Both the position numbers and the translations under genes were made by a program. Positions 34,063-44,263 of a DNA stretch of 64,000 nt are shown here, one piece after another. The stretch lies in the sequence record ON287372.1. One strand, given 5' to 3'. Positions within the stretch are counted from its first letter, which is position 1. Each line of letters opens with the position of its first letter. A model generated the notes under the pieces. It searched no databases and had not been told where the DNA came from. It was given only the letters and a program-made list of their open reading frames with translations.

Positions 34063-35706
34063 TTACTTGATGGTGTATCTCACTACAGTACCATCGATGG
34101 TCGTAACCTGGATATCCAGACCCACAGCAAATTTGATCGCGCAAACGCCGATCTTGTTAACCAGAGGAGTTGAATTAGAGTACGACTCGATTACACGACG
34201 AACGCTGTGCAGCTCATGACGCAGAGTTTCTGGGAAGATAGCCGATACCGTATTAAGGGTATCGTAACCGCCCTCCAGGACCATTACGCCTTTGGTCAGC
34301 ACACCATGACGCAACTCTGGCTTGCTCCATTCTTCAGGAACAGTAGTGATTGCCTGAACATATACCCAACCGGTAAGGTTAGCCGATGCCGCACGTGTTC
34401 CGTTAACGTAACCGTAACCCGATACGGTATTGCGATGCTCGTCATTATCCCATTTCAGGATAGGAGGCGCATCCTCGTGCTCGGCTTTGGTGTAGAACGT
34501 GAATGGATAGCTGCTATGCTGGGAAATCCCAACACGCATCTCAGACGTTTTAGGGACAACCAGTTCCATGAAGTCAAACTCAGTGATTGCGCCACCTTCA
34601 ATAACTTTAGGGGCAACCGGCGCATCCTTAGCTTTAACTTTATCGAAGATCGACGTGGCTGCAGCCGGCGCGCTATCTACACCAGATGGAGTCCAGTAAA
34701 GATATTGGATATCGGAAAACTGAGCCGCTGTACGGACCAAGGAACGATCCCAGCCTTTCTCTGCAACCAACGCCTTAGCTTCATCGATTTCGCGTACAGT
34801 AGGCTCTTCGGTCGGACGTTGATAGTTAACACCGTCGGTTTCACGGATGTAACGGGTCAACGCCAGATCTTCGCCGCCTTCTACCAGGGCATCGAACAGC
34901 ATACCCAGAGAAGTACCGACCACATTAGTCTGGTCTGGGGTCAGGCTGTTAGCCCACAACCAGACCAGTGCATCGCGCTTACGGTTGTCTTTAATCGCAT
35001 GATACAGCTTAGCGTTATCGACGTATTGCTTGATGCGGTTACGGTGGCGGTGATTGCGCAGAGCACCGTAGGTAGCCAGTGATTTCGCATGAGACAGAAT
35101 ATCCAACGACCAACGGTTCAGAGCATTACGCATTACTGACACTTTCTCAGCAGCTGCGTTTTCTTCGCCAGTGTAGTTAACTTTAACCGGGTTCAGAGGA
35201 ATAGCACCGAGAGTACCGTGGAAGTGCAACCACTGACCGTCGTTAGGTACTGCAGTATCGCTACCGCGGCTCAGTGTACGGTAGCCGTTAACTGGAGAAC
35301 GCTCAACCGCAGCCTGGAGCTTCAGAAGCAGGTTAGAGACTTCCACCGGCAGTTCGGCCAACTTACCAGTTTCGGTATTAAAGGCGACAGAGGAAACTTC
35401 GCCACCGGCATCAATCGTAACGAGATTACCGTTAGCTTCCAGCCAACGTTTACACGTCCGGCAGGTCAGCTCTTTACGATCCTGCTCACCAAAGGAGTCC
35501 AGGTAGATGTCGTACAGGGATTTACCCGAGTTAGCGTGCGGTACGTTGACGCGGAAGATGGAGTAGAATGAGCTTTCGCCGAAACGGAGGTTAGGCTCGC
35601 TGCTGTTGCGCTTGATGTTTTCTTTAACTACTTCAACCAACAGGTCGAAGTCGAATCGAGATTTACCGGCTTCGTGCTCAGTACCTACGTTTTGAATCTG
35701 TTCCAT
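34063..35706 (-). CDS. Conserved large phage protein of unknown function (547 aa)
   Basis: Long ORF; TCRTCKRW, WLHFH and RTAAQFSDI..W motifs recall a family seen in large phages. Confidence 0.85.
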   Translation of the reverse strand: MEQIQNVGTEHEAGKSRFDFDLLVEVVKENIKRNSSEPNLRFGESSFYSIFRVNVPHANSGKSLYDIYLDSFGEQDRKELTCRTCKRWLEANGNLVTIDAGGEVSSVAFNTETGKLAELPVEVSNLLLKLQAAVERSPVNGYRTLSRGSDTAVPNDGQWLHFHGTLGAIPLNPVKVNYTGEENAAAEKVSVMRNALNRWSLDILSHAKSLATYGALRNHRHRNRIKQYVDNAKLYHAIKDNRKRDALVWLWANSLTPDQTNVVGTSLGMLFDALVEGGEDLALTRYIRETDGVNYQRPTEEPTVREIDEAKALVAEKGWDRSLVRTAAQFSDIQYLYWTPSGVDSAPAAATSIFDKVKAKDAPVAPKVIEGGAITEFDFMELVVPKTSEMRVGISQHSSYPFTFYTKAEHEDAPPILKWDNDEHRNTVSGYGYVNGTRAASANLTGWVYVQAITTVPEEWSKPELRHGVLTKGVMVLEGGYDTLNTVSAIFPETLRHELHSVRRVIESYSNSTPLVNKIGVCAIKFAVGLDIQVTTIDGTVVRYTIK

Positions 35707-35804
35707 TTTTTATCTACCTTTTGATTAAGAGTTTACGGGTTGGTTGCCGGTGAAGTCAGAGGGGTCTTCCTGCTGAAATGCTCCACGGTCTTCAGGTTCG
35801 TCGA

Positions 35805-36191
35805 TCAGTAACATATACGTCGTTCTAATCCCATTGGTAAGTGTTTACTCCGGTTGGTAGTTGACCAGAGTTCACCTTCGCGTACATCAAACGTTCGATG
35901 AGATGTACTGATATACCCTAACGCCAATAGGGTTTCGGATTTTGTTGAAACGCAACTAATGACAATAGTGGAATCCGGATAGTTGCTTTTGATAGAGAGA
36001 AATTTCCTCCGCTCCAGCTCTACGCTATCGTCGATCATGAGGAAATGGAACCCGCCTTTACCCAGGATGAATTCACCTGGTTTATTGGCCGCCTGAAGGA
36101 TGGCGCTTTGGTTAGTGTTGTGATCAATCAGGACACCGCTCAGGGCAGGGATAGCCAAGCCGGCATAAACGTGAATGATTTTTTCGTTCAT
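35805..36191 (-). CDS. Hypothetical protein (128 aa)
   Basis: ORF track; coupled. Confidence 0.7.
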   Translation of the reverse strand: MNEKIIHVYAGLAIPALSGVLIDHNTNQSAILQAANKPGEFILGKGGFHFLMIDDSVELERRKFLSIKSNYPDSTIVISCVSTKSETLLALGYISTSHRTFDVREGELWSTTNRSKHLPMGLERRICY

Positions 36192-36649
36192 TATTCAATC
36201 TCGAAAGTTTGAGAAACACGAGCAGGTTGACGAATATCCCGCACCAACACCGCTTCCAATACCCCATGACCACGGAGGTATTCAATTGCCACATGTGCAA
36301 CGAAGACCATTTTTACAGGGAAGCCATAGTTCATGCGCTCAGGACCATAATCTTCCGAGATCCTTACGCTACCTGAGCCAAATACATGGACAGGTAATTT
36401 CGTAGCCCGAATCTCGCGGAAGAGCGTTTCGAACTCGACATCATTGTTAATCCAGACACAACGGAATTGCCCATCAACAACGATCACGTTAGGGTTCTCT
36501 CGAGCTAAAGAGACGAAGTGACCCTTACCTGGAAAGAGTTTACCGAAACCAAACGCCAGATCGTTCGGGTTGGCTGAGAAGTGCAGGGTAATGTAACGCT
36601 TCACTTCTTCTTCGTAAGTGCGGATGGTATCTGTCAGTTTTGCTACCAT
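36191..36649 (-). CDS. Hypothetical protein (152 aa)
   Basis: ORF track; AGGAG RBS. Confidence 0.8.
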   Translation of the reverse strand: MVAKLTDTIRTYEEEVKRYITLHFSANPNDLAFGFGKLFPGKGHFVSLARENPNVIVVDGQFRCVWINNDVEFETLFREIRATKLPVHVFGSGSVRISEDYGPERMNYGFPVKMVFVAHVAIEYLRGHGVLEAVLVRDIRQPARVSQTFEIE

Positions 36650-36667
36650 GATTATCTCCTAGAACAG

Positions 36668-36700
36668 AATATAACCTTCCTCTATCTGAATAGAGGAAGG
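36668..36700 (-). terminator. Terminator-like hairpin
   Basis: ccttcctctat-ctga-atagaggaagg. Confidence 0.7.
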
Positions 36701-36707
36701 CGTTATT

Positions 36708-37685
36708 TTAAAACGATACCGAGATCGCGTAACGCGTAACACCATCGTGCTGATCGGCGGCAGAAATGTTTAACTTACCACCTTTCACGATAGGTTCTAA
36801 CGCTTCCCAGAGGAATGTTACAATTGCACGCGGGTCGTGCACCGTACAAATGAAGTCTACATCTTGATCGTCCAGGTAGTAGTCCACCTCAAAACGATCA
36901 GCGGTATAACGGAAACGACCTAATGACAGTTCGGTTGTAAACCCGATATCTTCGAAGAGCTGATCGAGCGGAACCGTTAATAAACCACTGCGATCCATCG
37001 GGTTATAGTTGGTTGCGGCCTGATCTACAATGCGTTTCAGATACAGATCAATTAAGCACTCGATGACAGGTTGGAATCGATCTGCGAAATGTACTTTAGC
37101 CAGGTTACGTTTAGCCGCTTCGAAATCGCGTTTGTAATCGGCGATCCCATTAAGCATCAGATCTACACCTTCCTTGACGTAGTCTCGCTCTAGAACAAAC
37201 TCCACGTAACCTATCGAGCTAGCGCTAAGCGCAGCGGTAGGGTGAACATGATGAACATAAGTATCGATCTGGAAGATCTGTTTGGCATCGACATGGAAAT
37301 AACCCTGATCAGCCATTAGACGATCAACTTCTCCATCGAAGAGATTTTTTAGATACGGGTAAACCTCCCCGGAACCGGTTAGGACATATTTCGATTCGCG
37401 ATAGCTATTTGCGTAATAGATACACTGTGCAGAAGACACCGAGATAACGCCGTTATGTTGACGAACGACTTTAGTGTCCGCATTATCCGAGTAAAACCCT
37501 GTTCCAGTCAATATCAACTCGGCTACTTTGGCGGCCCGTTCCTTAACTGAGGTTTCGAATTCGTTAACATCAGACTCCATCTTAATGCGATCGAGTATCT
37601 CAGCGGCGCTATCGTTTATCAATAGATTACTTCCCACAACCGGTTCTTCTTTATTACCAAACCAGCTTTTAAATAACTTAATCAT
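36708..37685 (-). CDS. Hypothetical protein, paralogue pair B (325 aa)
   Basis: RQHNGVISVS motif shared with 38024..38995. Confidence 0.85.
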   Translation of the reverse strand: MIKLFKSWFGNKEEPVVGSNLLINDSAAEILDRIKMESDVNEFETSVKERAAKVAELILTGTGFYSDNADTKVVRQHNGVISVSSAQCIYYANSYRESKYVLTGSGEVYPYLKNLFDGEVDRLMADQGYFHVDAKQIFQIDTYVHHVHPTAALSASSIGYVEFVLERDYVKEGVDLMLNGIADYKRDFEAAKRNLAKVHFADRFQPVIECLIDLYLKRIVDQAATNYNPMDRSGLLTVPLDQLFEDIGFTTELSLGRFRYTADRFEVDYYLDDQDVDFICTVHDPRAIVTFLWEALEPIVKGGKLNISAADQHDGVTRYAISVSF

Positions 37686-38014
37686 TCCATTGCTCCGAAT
37701 TTAAGTGGACGGATTTTACTACCGCGGAATACCAACCCGTAGCTGGATTCCTCTCGCATCAATACGAACTCACCGTTCTCTTTGAACTCCAGTCCGTACT
37801 CAGGGTTAGGTACCTTTTTAAAGGCCGTAGGATCAGAAGGATCTGCGCCGCCAACGGTAGTCTCCTCCACTTCCCCGCAGTCTAAACGCATGTCGCCACA
37901 ATAGATGTAGATCTTACCATCTCGTTGAACATACGTCCCCTTCTTACCATCAAACAACACCGCGTCGATGTAGTCCATGGTATCCCGATCGTAAACGCTA
38001 TTAACCGCTTTCAT
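37682..38014 (-). CDS. Hypothetical protein (110 aa)
   Basis: ORF track; AAGGA RBS. Confidence 0.8.
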   Translation of the reverse strand: MKAVNSVYDRDTMDYIDAVLFDGKKGTYVQRDGKIYIYCGDMRLDCGEVEETTVGGADPSDPTAFKKVPNPEYGLEFKENGEFVLMREESSYGLVFRGSKIRPLKFGAME

Positions 38015-38023
38015 TTCGTTTCC

Positions 38024-38995
38024 TTATTTGAAAGAAATGGTGATATCGAAATATTTCTCATCCCGTGAGATGACAGTCACTTTACTACCTGCCATATACC
38101 GCTCGAAGAGCTTGGTGTAAAACTCTTCCGACGTACCGGACAGACGTTTAGTCCAAGTACGTAACATAGGGCTATTTTCAAAGGACAGATTGATCTGACC
38201 CCGGTTAAACGAGCCACAAACAATATCCACCCACAGAGGACCGATTTTACTGTTACGAGAAAACTCTTTCGGGTACTCGAATGAGAATGACCCGTCGGCG
38301 TTCATGCAGTTACTTTCAGTAGGGATAAAGTTCACGTAGACACTTTCGTACTTATCCCAGAAACTGTTGTAAACCGGTTTGAAAATACCGTCGAAGTATT
38401 CAGCGAACAGATAATACCGAGCAGCGTCTAAATCGTATTTGAGCTCTTCTACTGTCTTAAAGCGTACTATGTCTTGAGGGCGCTGATAAGAATGAGAGAC
38501 GGTGAGGATCAATTCGCTAGGGCAGTCAAACCGATCATTTTCGTTGGTCTTACTTACACCCCCTAAATCAAGTATCGGGGTTGTTTCAACTGGGACGTAA
38601 CCGTATGCCTCCATCTCAAAATCTATCTCCTTTTTAAACGTGCTAAAGGTAATCTGCGACTTACGTTGTTCCTCCAAGCCAGCGTGTTTAAGGAGGATCG
38701 TTTTAGCATCGTTCATTGCCCGGATAGATGAGATGACGATCTCTGCGCTAATGGAAATCGCTCCGTTGTGTTGGCGGAGATAAATGCCGAATTCGTCAGC
38801 ATGAATTAGACGAGTGCTCGTTGCCGCCTGCGCAATATCCTTTGCTACCGATTGGATATAACCGTGGGCGCGGCTGATGAAGTCTCTAGCTTCTGTCAGC
38901 AGTTGCTCAGTAGAAACGGCTTCATCGCCCTTAGGTTTAGATGAAGGTACAGTAGTTTCTTTTTCTTTACGGGTAAAGTGATCACGTAATGCCAT
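38024..38995 (-). CDS. Hypothetical protein, paralogue pair B (323 aa)
   Basis: RQHNGAISIS motif; AGGAG RBS. Confidence 0.85.
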   Translation of the reverse strand: MALRDHFTRKEKETTVPSSKPKGDEAVSTEQLLTEARDFISRAHGYIQSVAKDIAQAATSTRLIHADEFGIYLRQHNGAISISAEIVISSIRAMNDAKTILLKHAGLEEQRKSQITFSTFKKEIDFEMEAYGYVPVETTPILDLGGVSKTNENDRFDCPSELILTVSHSYQRPQDIVRFKTVEELKYDLDAARYYLFAEYFDGIFKPVYNSFWDKYESVYVNFIPTESNCMNADGSFSFEYPKEFSRNSKIGPLWVDIVCGSFNRGQINLSFENSPMLRTWTKRLSGTSEEFYTKLFERYMAGSKVTVISRDEKYFDITISFK

Positions 38996-39029
38996 GATAA
39001 TAACTCCTTAAAATTAGTTGATGAGATAG

Positions 39030-39554
39030 TTAGGATGCTGAACGCACCCGAGTAAAGATTTTGAATTGACCGACGCCTTCCACAGTGCGGATATCTTCCA
39101 ATACGAAACCTGATTCTGTCAAAGTTTCCTTGGAATCAATGCGCATGAGTTCAGCGATGATATCGTTCTTCAGATGGACGTTACCTTCGTATTCGTTTTC
39201 CAATACGGTCAGGTAGAGCTTGTCCACTGAAAGGATGTAACGGTTGTAGAGACTAGGGCCGCCGCAGATCACTAGCTCGTTGTAGCGGTGTTGCTTAGCT
39301 ACTTGAGTGGCATCGTACAGATCAGGCACCACCGTAGCACCTGGGACTTCTGGAGAGCCGCTAGCCATCACGATATTCAAACGACCAGGTAATGGTTTGC
39401 CAATCCCCATGTAGGTACGGTAACCCATGATGATGGCCTTATGCCGTGTCTTACGTCTGAACCATTGCATGTCGATCGGCTCATTCCACGGCAAAGTATC
39501 ATCCTTACCAACCAACATGTTTTTATCCATTGCTACGATCATGCTTACGATCAT
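39030..39554 (-). CDS. folA: Dihydrofolate reductase
   Basis: IVAMDKN..VG....LPW...DMQWF...IIMGYRTY..IGKPLPGRLNIV, ICGG..LY, LYLT. Confidence 0.95.
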   Translation of the reverse strand: MIVSMIVAMDKNMLVGKDDTLPWNEPIDMQWFRRKTRHKAIIMGYRTYMGIGKPLPGRLNIVMASGSPEVPGATVVPDLYDATQVAKQHRYNELVICGGPSLYNRYILSVDKLYLTVLENEYEGNVHLKNDIIAELMRIDSKETLTESGFVLEDIRTVEGVGQFKIFTRVRSAS

Positions 39555-39571
39555 TTTCCTTTCCTTTTTAA

Positions 39572-40051
39572 TTAACCAACGGTTTCAACGAAGTCACGGG
39601 CCGATTTAATTTCTTCCGGATATTGCTCGATGAATAATTCAGCTTCGAGGATATCCTTCATCGACCAGTTTTGAGATTCCAAGATTGCAATAGCAAATGC
39701 TTTGATTAACGGAGATTTATCATTGAGTTTTTTCTCCGTTGCCTCAGTAACTTCGACGATAATTCGGTTAACATTATCGTACGGAGTTTCATCTACTAAG
39801 AAGAAGTGGTATATTGCCTTATTAACCTCTGCGTAATATTTGCTATTAGCGTAAACTTTTTTAGGGTTACCCAATGACTTATTTGTTATAACGCCACTGA
39901 TATAGAGGCTGTCAATTTCCAGAACCGTGTAAAGACCGATTACTTTAAAGATAGTATAAACCGATTCCTCTTCACTAAAGAAACTGACGATCAGTGCCGA
40001 GATCAGAATCAATAACCCGGATTTTACAGGATCCAATAACTTGCTATTCAT
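39572..40051 (-). CDS. Hypothetical membrane protein (159 aa)
   Basis: ORF track; N-terminal TM. Confidence 0.75.
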   Translation of the reverse strand: MNSKLLDPVKSGLLILISALIVSFFSEEESVYTIFKVIGLYTVLEIDSLYISGVITNKSLGNPKKVYANSKYYAEVNKAIYHFFLVDETPYDNVNRIIVEVTEATEKKLNDKSPLIKAFAIAILESQNWSMKDILEAELFIEQYPEEIKSARDFVETVG

Positions 40052-40075
40052 GATGTACCTTACTCAATGAAGTGA

Positions 40076-40104
40076 ATAAATCCCAGGGGATTAACTCCCC
40101 TGGG
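40076..40104 (-). terminator. Intrinsic terminator (TTAAC-loop family)
   Basis: cccagggga-ttaac-tcccctggg. Confidence 0.75.
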
Positions 40105-40118
40105 CTATGACAGTTTGA

Positions 40119-40817
40119 TCAACCAATGCGATAAGGGAACCCGTGACCATCGAGTTCCTGCGCCGCGGCCTCATCGAGTTTAACGATGAACCGACTCACC
40201 GCAACCATCAGGCTGAGTAGCTCTTTAGCGGTAGTTACCTTGGCGATACCCCACGACTCATCGTCGTTGTCTTCATCGAACTGGAACGTATTCATTCCGA
40301 CGTAGATAGGATCAACGAAGGTGTCCATGATCTCGACCGACTCGCCGCTGTAGGAGAAATCGCTCCCAATGACGTAGTCAATTCCGATGATGTTCCGCCG
40401 CCAGATATCCATATTGACAATGAACGGAATCGATACTTTCTCAGCATCTGTCAAATTATCGAAATTGGAATGGCCGGCGATAGCGTAGAATACCTTGATC
40501 GTCGTTTTGGTAGCTTCGCGATAGTTCCCAACTGAGTTTTCCATCTTGAACAGATAGTCCATGATGAATTTGTAGTGGTCACCGGAAACCAGACGGCAGT
40601 AGGTTTTGTAGTTGATATCCAGCAAACGTTCCCAATAATCAGACGAACGATATTGGGAAACGACGCGTTCCGGACAATGTCCAGTCCAGCGGAATTCAGC
40701 CAGCTGAGTAGTCAGTTCGGCAACCTTAAGCGCATGTTCTACGGAATGGTCACCGAAGTAGCGTGCGTGGTTTGCAATTTGAAGCTCTGATCGAATCTTC
40801 TTCTCTACAGTTTTCAT
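40119..40817 (-). CDS. Hypothetical protein (232 aa)
   Basis: ORF track. Confidence 0.85.
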   Translation of the reverse strand: MKTVEKKIRSELQIANHARYFGDHSVEHALKVAELTTQLAEFRWTGHCPERVVSQYRSSDYWERLLDINYKTYCRLVSGDHYKFIMDYLFKMENSVGNYREATKTTIKVFYAIAGHSNFDNLTDAEKVSIPFIVNMDIWRRNIIGIDYVIGSDFSYSGESVEIMDTFVDPIYVGMNTFQFDEDNDDESWGIAKVTTAKELLSLMVAVSRFIVKLDEAAAQELDGHGFPYRIG

Positions 40818-41047
40818 TAACGTTCTTCTCCAACGGATTGCGTCACGTTACTAGTACTACCAACCTCAATGATACCGATCCCAGATATGCCAATGTACTC
40901 CTTACCAGTACGCTGGACTTCTATGCGATATACACCGCGATGATTAACGGTATCAACATGTACTACAGATATCCCGTCTTTAGCTAGCTCATCGCCGTCA
41001 CAAGCAGTTAACAATGCCAACGATAACAGAACTAAAATCTTTTTCAC
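40817..41047 (-). CDS. Small lipoprotein (76 aa)
   Basis: MKKILVLLSLALLTA-C lipobox. Confidence 0.8.
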   Translation of the reverse strand: MKKILVLLSLALLTACDGDELAKDGISVVHVDTVNHRGVYRIEVQRTGKEYIGISGIGIIEVGSTSNVTQSVGEER

Positions 41048-41328
41048 TTCATTTCTCCAGAGTTACGGATAACCTCGATAAATGGAGGTTGGTTTTCAGC
41101 AGTACAGAAAGCTGCATAGACGCGTTCATTCTTTTCGTTAGTCCCAGTGAATACAGCGCCGCTATAACCACCTGAGCAGTCCATGGTACGTTGCATCAAG
41201 TTGATGCCTTTGTATCCCATCGCTTCAATCTCCGTGATGTTCTTGGAGTTCTCAGTGAGGTTTTGATAAGCGGAAACAGCGGCTACTATTAAAACTGGGA
41301 TTGCGATAAAGAGAACTGACCTTGCCAT
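41044..41328 (-). CDS. Small membrane-anchored/exported protein (94 aa)
   Basis: N-terminal hydrophobic segment; Cys pair. Confidence 0.75.
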   Translation of the reverse strand: MARSVLFIAIPVLIVAAVSAYQNLTENSKNITEIEAMGYKGINLMQRTMDCSGGYSGAVFTGTNEKNERVYAAFCTAENQPPFIEVIRNSGEMK

Positions 41329-41357
41329 TGTAAGACCTTTAGCTATTTGCGGTTAAA

Positions 41358-41753
41358 TCAAGAAATCCAGGAGTATGTCAGATAGTGAGTATCGAACGGG
41401 AAGTCGATTAGCTTAGATTTGATCATAGCGATAAATTCAACCCGCTCAGATTCAAGTAACCAGCCATCGCTATTCTCAACGTTCTCAAGAAGCAAGTTGA
41501 CATCTTCTTTAGTTAATAAATAGTAATCGCATTGGTTGGTGGCATCGAACAACCCAGCCATGGTATTTCTAACGTCATACCACTTGCGGTAGTACTGAAT
41601 CTCTTCCTTCTCCGGGTTATCGGACAAACAAGGGTAATCTATCATGTACCTGCAGCCGTGTTCGCTGAGCGCACCGAAACGCTCGTGTACTTCTACTACT
41701 TTGGGATTAACTGCGCTCTTCGGTACCTTACAGAAATCAATATCCAGACCCAT
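41358..41753 (-). CDS. Phage protein of the MGLD...YxRK family (131 aa)
   Basis: ORF track 41358..41840; start trimmed to MGLDIDF; EIQYYRKW. Confidence 0.75.
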   Translation of the reverse strand: MGLDIDFCKVPKSAVNPKVVEVHERFGALSEHGCRYMIDYPCLSDNPEKEEIQYYRKWYDVRNTMAGLFDATNQCDYYLLTKEDVNLLLENVENSDGWLLESERVEFIAMIKSKLIDFPFDTHYLTYSWIS

Positions 41754-41769
41754 TCCTTTAACCCCTACT

Positions 41770-42300
41770 TTACTGATCGAAACCATAAACGATACGAACA
41801 TCGCCATGCTCAGCAACTTCTTCACGTACAAAAGCGCCAAAGGTACCTAGCACCGAACTAAGCTTACTTTCCCAGGTAACCAGAACGGAATCGTAATCGT
41901 CTACTTTATTAGCCGATGCCATATGGACGGTTTTACCCCAGCTATTTCCTGAATAGCTATCTAATTCGGTTTTCCCATCCCAGGCGAGAAACTCTTTACG
42001 AGAAAGGTAGCCACGGCGAGGAATGACTGTACCCGAATCCATCAGGGCAATTAACTCAGATCCCATAAACCAGTTACGCCCATAGTCGTAATCCCACTCA
42101 AACTCAGAGGAGAATAAAACCTCAGGAGCCCCGTTTCGTTTAGAGAGGATAAAGTCCACTTCATCAGCCAGATAGTTTGATTTACCGTAACCAAACAGTT
42201 GACTCAGCTCACTACTTTTAAAAGGGCCGAAGGTGCTGTAGGTATCAACCCAGACATTGCCCTTTTTACGTTGTGACTCTGCGTAAATATAAGTTCCCAT
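41770..42300 (-). CDS. Hypothetical phage protein (176 aa)
   Basis: MGTYIY..E....W...VRIVYGFD ends typical of a common phage family; similar to 51819..52223. Confidence 0.8.
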   Translation of the reverse strand: MGTYIYAESQRKKGNVWVDTYSTFGPFKSSELSQLFGYGKSNYLADEVDFILSKRNGAPEVLFSSEFEWDYDYGRNWFMGSELIALMDSGTVIPRRGYLSRKEFLAWDGKTELDSYSGNSWGKTVHMASANKVDDYDSVLVTWESKLSSVLGTFGAFVREEVAEHGDVRIVYGFDQ

Positions 42301-42316
42301 CTTTTTACCTTCAGAA

Positions 42317-42823
42317 TTATTGACGAATTGTTTTGTTCATGGCTTCGTTAGTGAAGTCGATAGATGGAGTATCTACCATTACTGCAATATCTGGGTAATG
42401 CAGCGTTAGGAGGGCCTCAATTTCTTTGATTGCATCAGTGCGGAGGATTGCGCAACGGCAAACACCGCCACTAATACGTTCGTAATCTTTTTCACTATAT
42501 TTGATTCTGAAGGTAACGGCTGAGTTAACTTCAATAGTGCCGATGACGACATAGTCAGCCACTTCTGCTTTGTAGCTGAAATAGGATTCGCCGGATTTAC
42601 TAGAGTGAACTGCCCATTTATCAGCCAGGCATGCCGTAGCGGTAATCGAAGCCAGGTCAGTAAACATTACGCCCATAGCGCGCTCTACGTCACACATAAC
42701 GGTTTCGATAAATTTACTAACCTTACGATCCTCATCGCGACGGAAATAGGCGATAGCCTCAGCGGTAGCTGGAGATTGGATGAAGTGTTTCAGAGCTTCT
42801 TTACGGGATTCTGGAGTAGTCAT
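42317..42823 (-). CDS. Hypothetical early protein (168 aa)
   Basis: ORF track; AAGGA RBS; downstream of the promoter at 42868. Confidence 0.8.
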   Translation of the reverse strand: MTTPESRKEALKHFIQSPATAEAIAYFRRDEDRKVSKFIETVMCDVERAMGVMFTDLASITATACLADKWAVHSSKSGESYFSYKAEVADYVVIGTIEVNSAVTFRIKYSEKDYERISGGVCRCAILRTDAIKEIEALLTLHYPDIAVMVDTPSIDFTNEAMNKTIRQ

Positions 42824-42867
42824 TTTGTTTTCCTTATTTAGGTTAATTTGAACTGCTATTCAGAAAG

Positions 42868-42876
42868 GTAATATAG
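42868..42876 (-). promoter_or_regulatory. Putative early promoter CTATATTAC
   Basis: Exact match to TATATTAC. Confidence 0.7.
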
Positions 42877-42887
42877 ACATTAAATAG

Positions 42888-42919
42888 GTTGGAGTGGGGT
42901 TAACCACTCCAACTATTTT
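42888..42919. terminator. Hairpin in divergent intergenic region
   Basis: gttggagtgg-ggttaa-ccactccaac-tatttt; T-tract on plus although no plus-strand gene precedes it. Confidence 0.45.
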
Positions 42920-43184
42920 CCCCACGGCTAACGGTTTGAGGGTTAGCTTCATAATACGAAAGCCGACGTAAAAAATAAAAAGATGACCCGTACCTAATTA
43001 GGGTTAGGGTGGTTATAAATAGACGACTTGCTATGAAAGGTATTGGTGCCTTTTTTAAGGATCGGTATTCGATCAAGGATATTTACGAAGGGTTAAAATT
43101 AGGTTGGAATTAAGAATATCAGGGGCGCCTATACAGCGTGCCTTGGTATCATTTTATGACCGTTTATCTCCCTTAGGATTCAGA

Positions 43185-43736
43185 ATGTTAAAGTACAACC
43201 CGAACAAAGACGGCCAGACTCAGATCTACGATCTGTTGAATGCCAGCTTAAAGAAAGCTACCTCTAAGGTGTCTTCTGCTGATGTATCTCTAGCTGACCC
43301 CACTTCTCCTTCAGAGAATGGTGTGGGTTACAATACCGAGGTTAAGGTTTCTGTTGTCCCTGGATCTAAGATCATCAAGAACGACAGTCCTCCTATTTTT
43401 CTGCGATATACTCGCATTAATTTTGCTAAGGTCATTCGTGACAATGGCGGAGTATTGAACTTCACGGATAACCACGCGAAGTATATTGATGACTCCTCAT
43501 TAATGAATAAGTTCCTTTCCATTTGCGGCGTAAAAATCACTGCCGCTGAATTGACCATGACTCGTAAGGACAGCGACCAGCTGATTGAAGCTGAATTCAA
43601 AGTTGCCGATAAGCATTACGGTTTGACTGGCTCTGCGATTATGGTTATTAGCAACGAAACCTCTGGTCTGGATGATGCATTCCCTGGAGAATACCTCCGC
43701 GGATTCAACGACCCAGAACACACTTTAAGTAAATAA
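43185..43736 (+). CDS. phiKZ-like virion structural protein (baseplate/fibre-anchor family, 183 aa)
   Basis: ORF track 43104..43736, start trimmed to MLKYN; NTEVKV...LRYTRINF...FKVADKHYGLTGS anchor-domain pattern; TATGA at 43155. Confidence 0.75.
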   Translation: MLKYNPNKDGQTQIYDLLNASLKKATSKVSSADVSLADPTSPSENGVGYNTEVKVSVVPGSKIIKNDSPPIFLRYTRINFAKVIRDNGGVLNFTDNHAKYIDDSSLMNKFLSICGVKITAAELTMTRKDSDQLIEAEFKVADKHYGLTGSAIMVISNETSGLDDAFPGEYLRGFNDPEHTLSK

Positions 43737-43750
43737 AGGAAAATAACAAA

Positions 43751-44250
43751 ATGCTTTATGACTTCCGCGTTAACTCGATGGAAAACATCGCGCAGCTCTT
43801 GAACAAAGTCAAATCCTCATTGCCGATAATAAAGACGCGACTGTAAAGGTGAAACGTTGGAATGCCAACTCGCTTTACCGCGCCGCCGGCATTTCTTCGT
43901 TGCGCGCTGAGAAGATTACCGATTATGGAACGGAGTCGGATCTGCTAGCTGACATCACTAAGACCACCGGAGTGATATTCGACCGTTACTGGCGGATCTC
44001 GATTAATAAATACACTGACTATCTTTACGTAACCATTGACTACAGTACTAGCTATAACCCGGCTATGTACGGCACTGCTTATTTCGTTGTTATTCAGAAA
44101 GATGACGTTCGTGATTCTCTCCCATTCGTTTACGATGATAAAAACGTAAATGGCGAGACTGGGTTCAATGAGGCAGTTGTTCTTAATGCAGCTCGCTCTG
44201 GTAAGAGCCCTGAACAGATTCTGGAAAGTATGGGTATTCCAAAAGGTTAA
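43751..44250 (+). pseudogene. Virion-protein paralogue split by an apparent -1 frameshift (or sequencing error)
   Basis: ATG at 43751 gives MLYDFRVNSMENIAQLLNKVK... and stops at 43846; the -1 frame is open from 43774 to 44250 (EQSQILIADNKDATVKVKRW...). Confidence 0.6.
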
Positions 44251-44263
44251 TAGGGGGTAAGGG

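Noticed and set aside
35725-35814. 29-aa ORF starting MLLIDEPE, resembling a Walker B motif
   Set aside because: Too short; the upstream 35805 gene has no convincing Walker A, so an ATPase frameshift is unsupported.
43033-43113. 26-aa plus-strand ORF (MKGIGAFFK...) in the divergent intergenic region
   Set aside because: No clear RBS and too short to support.
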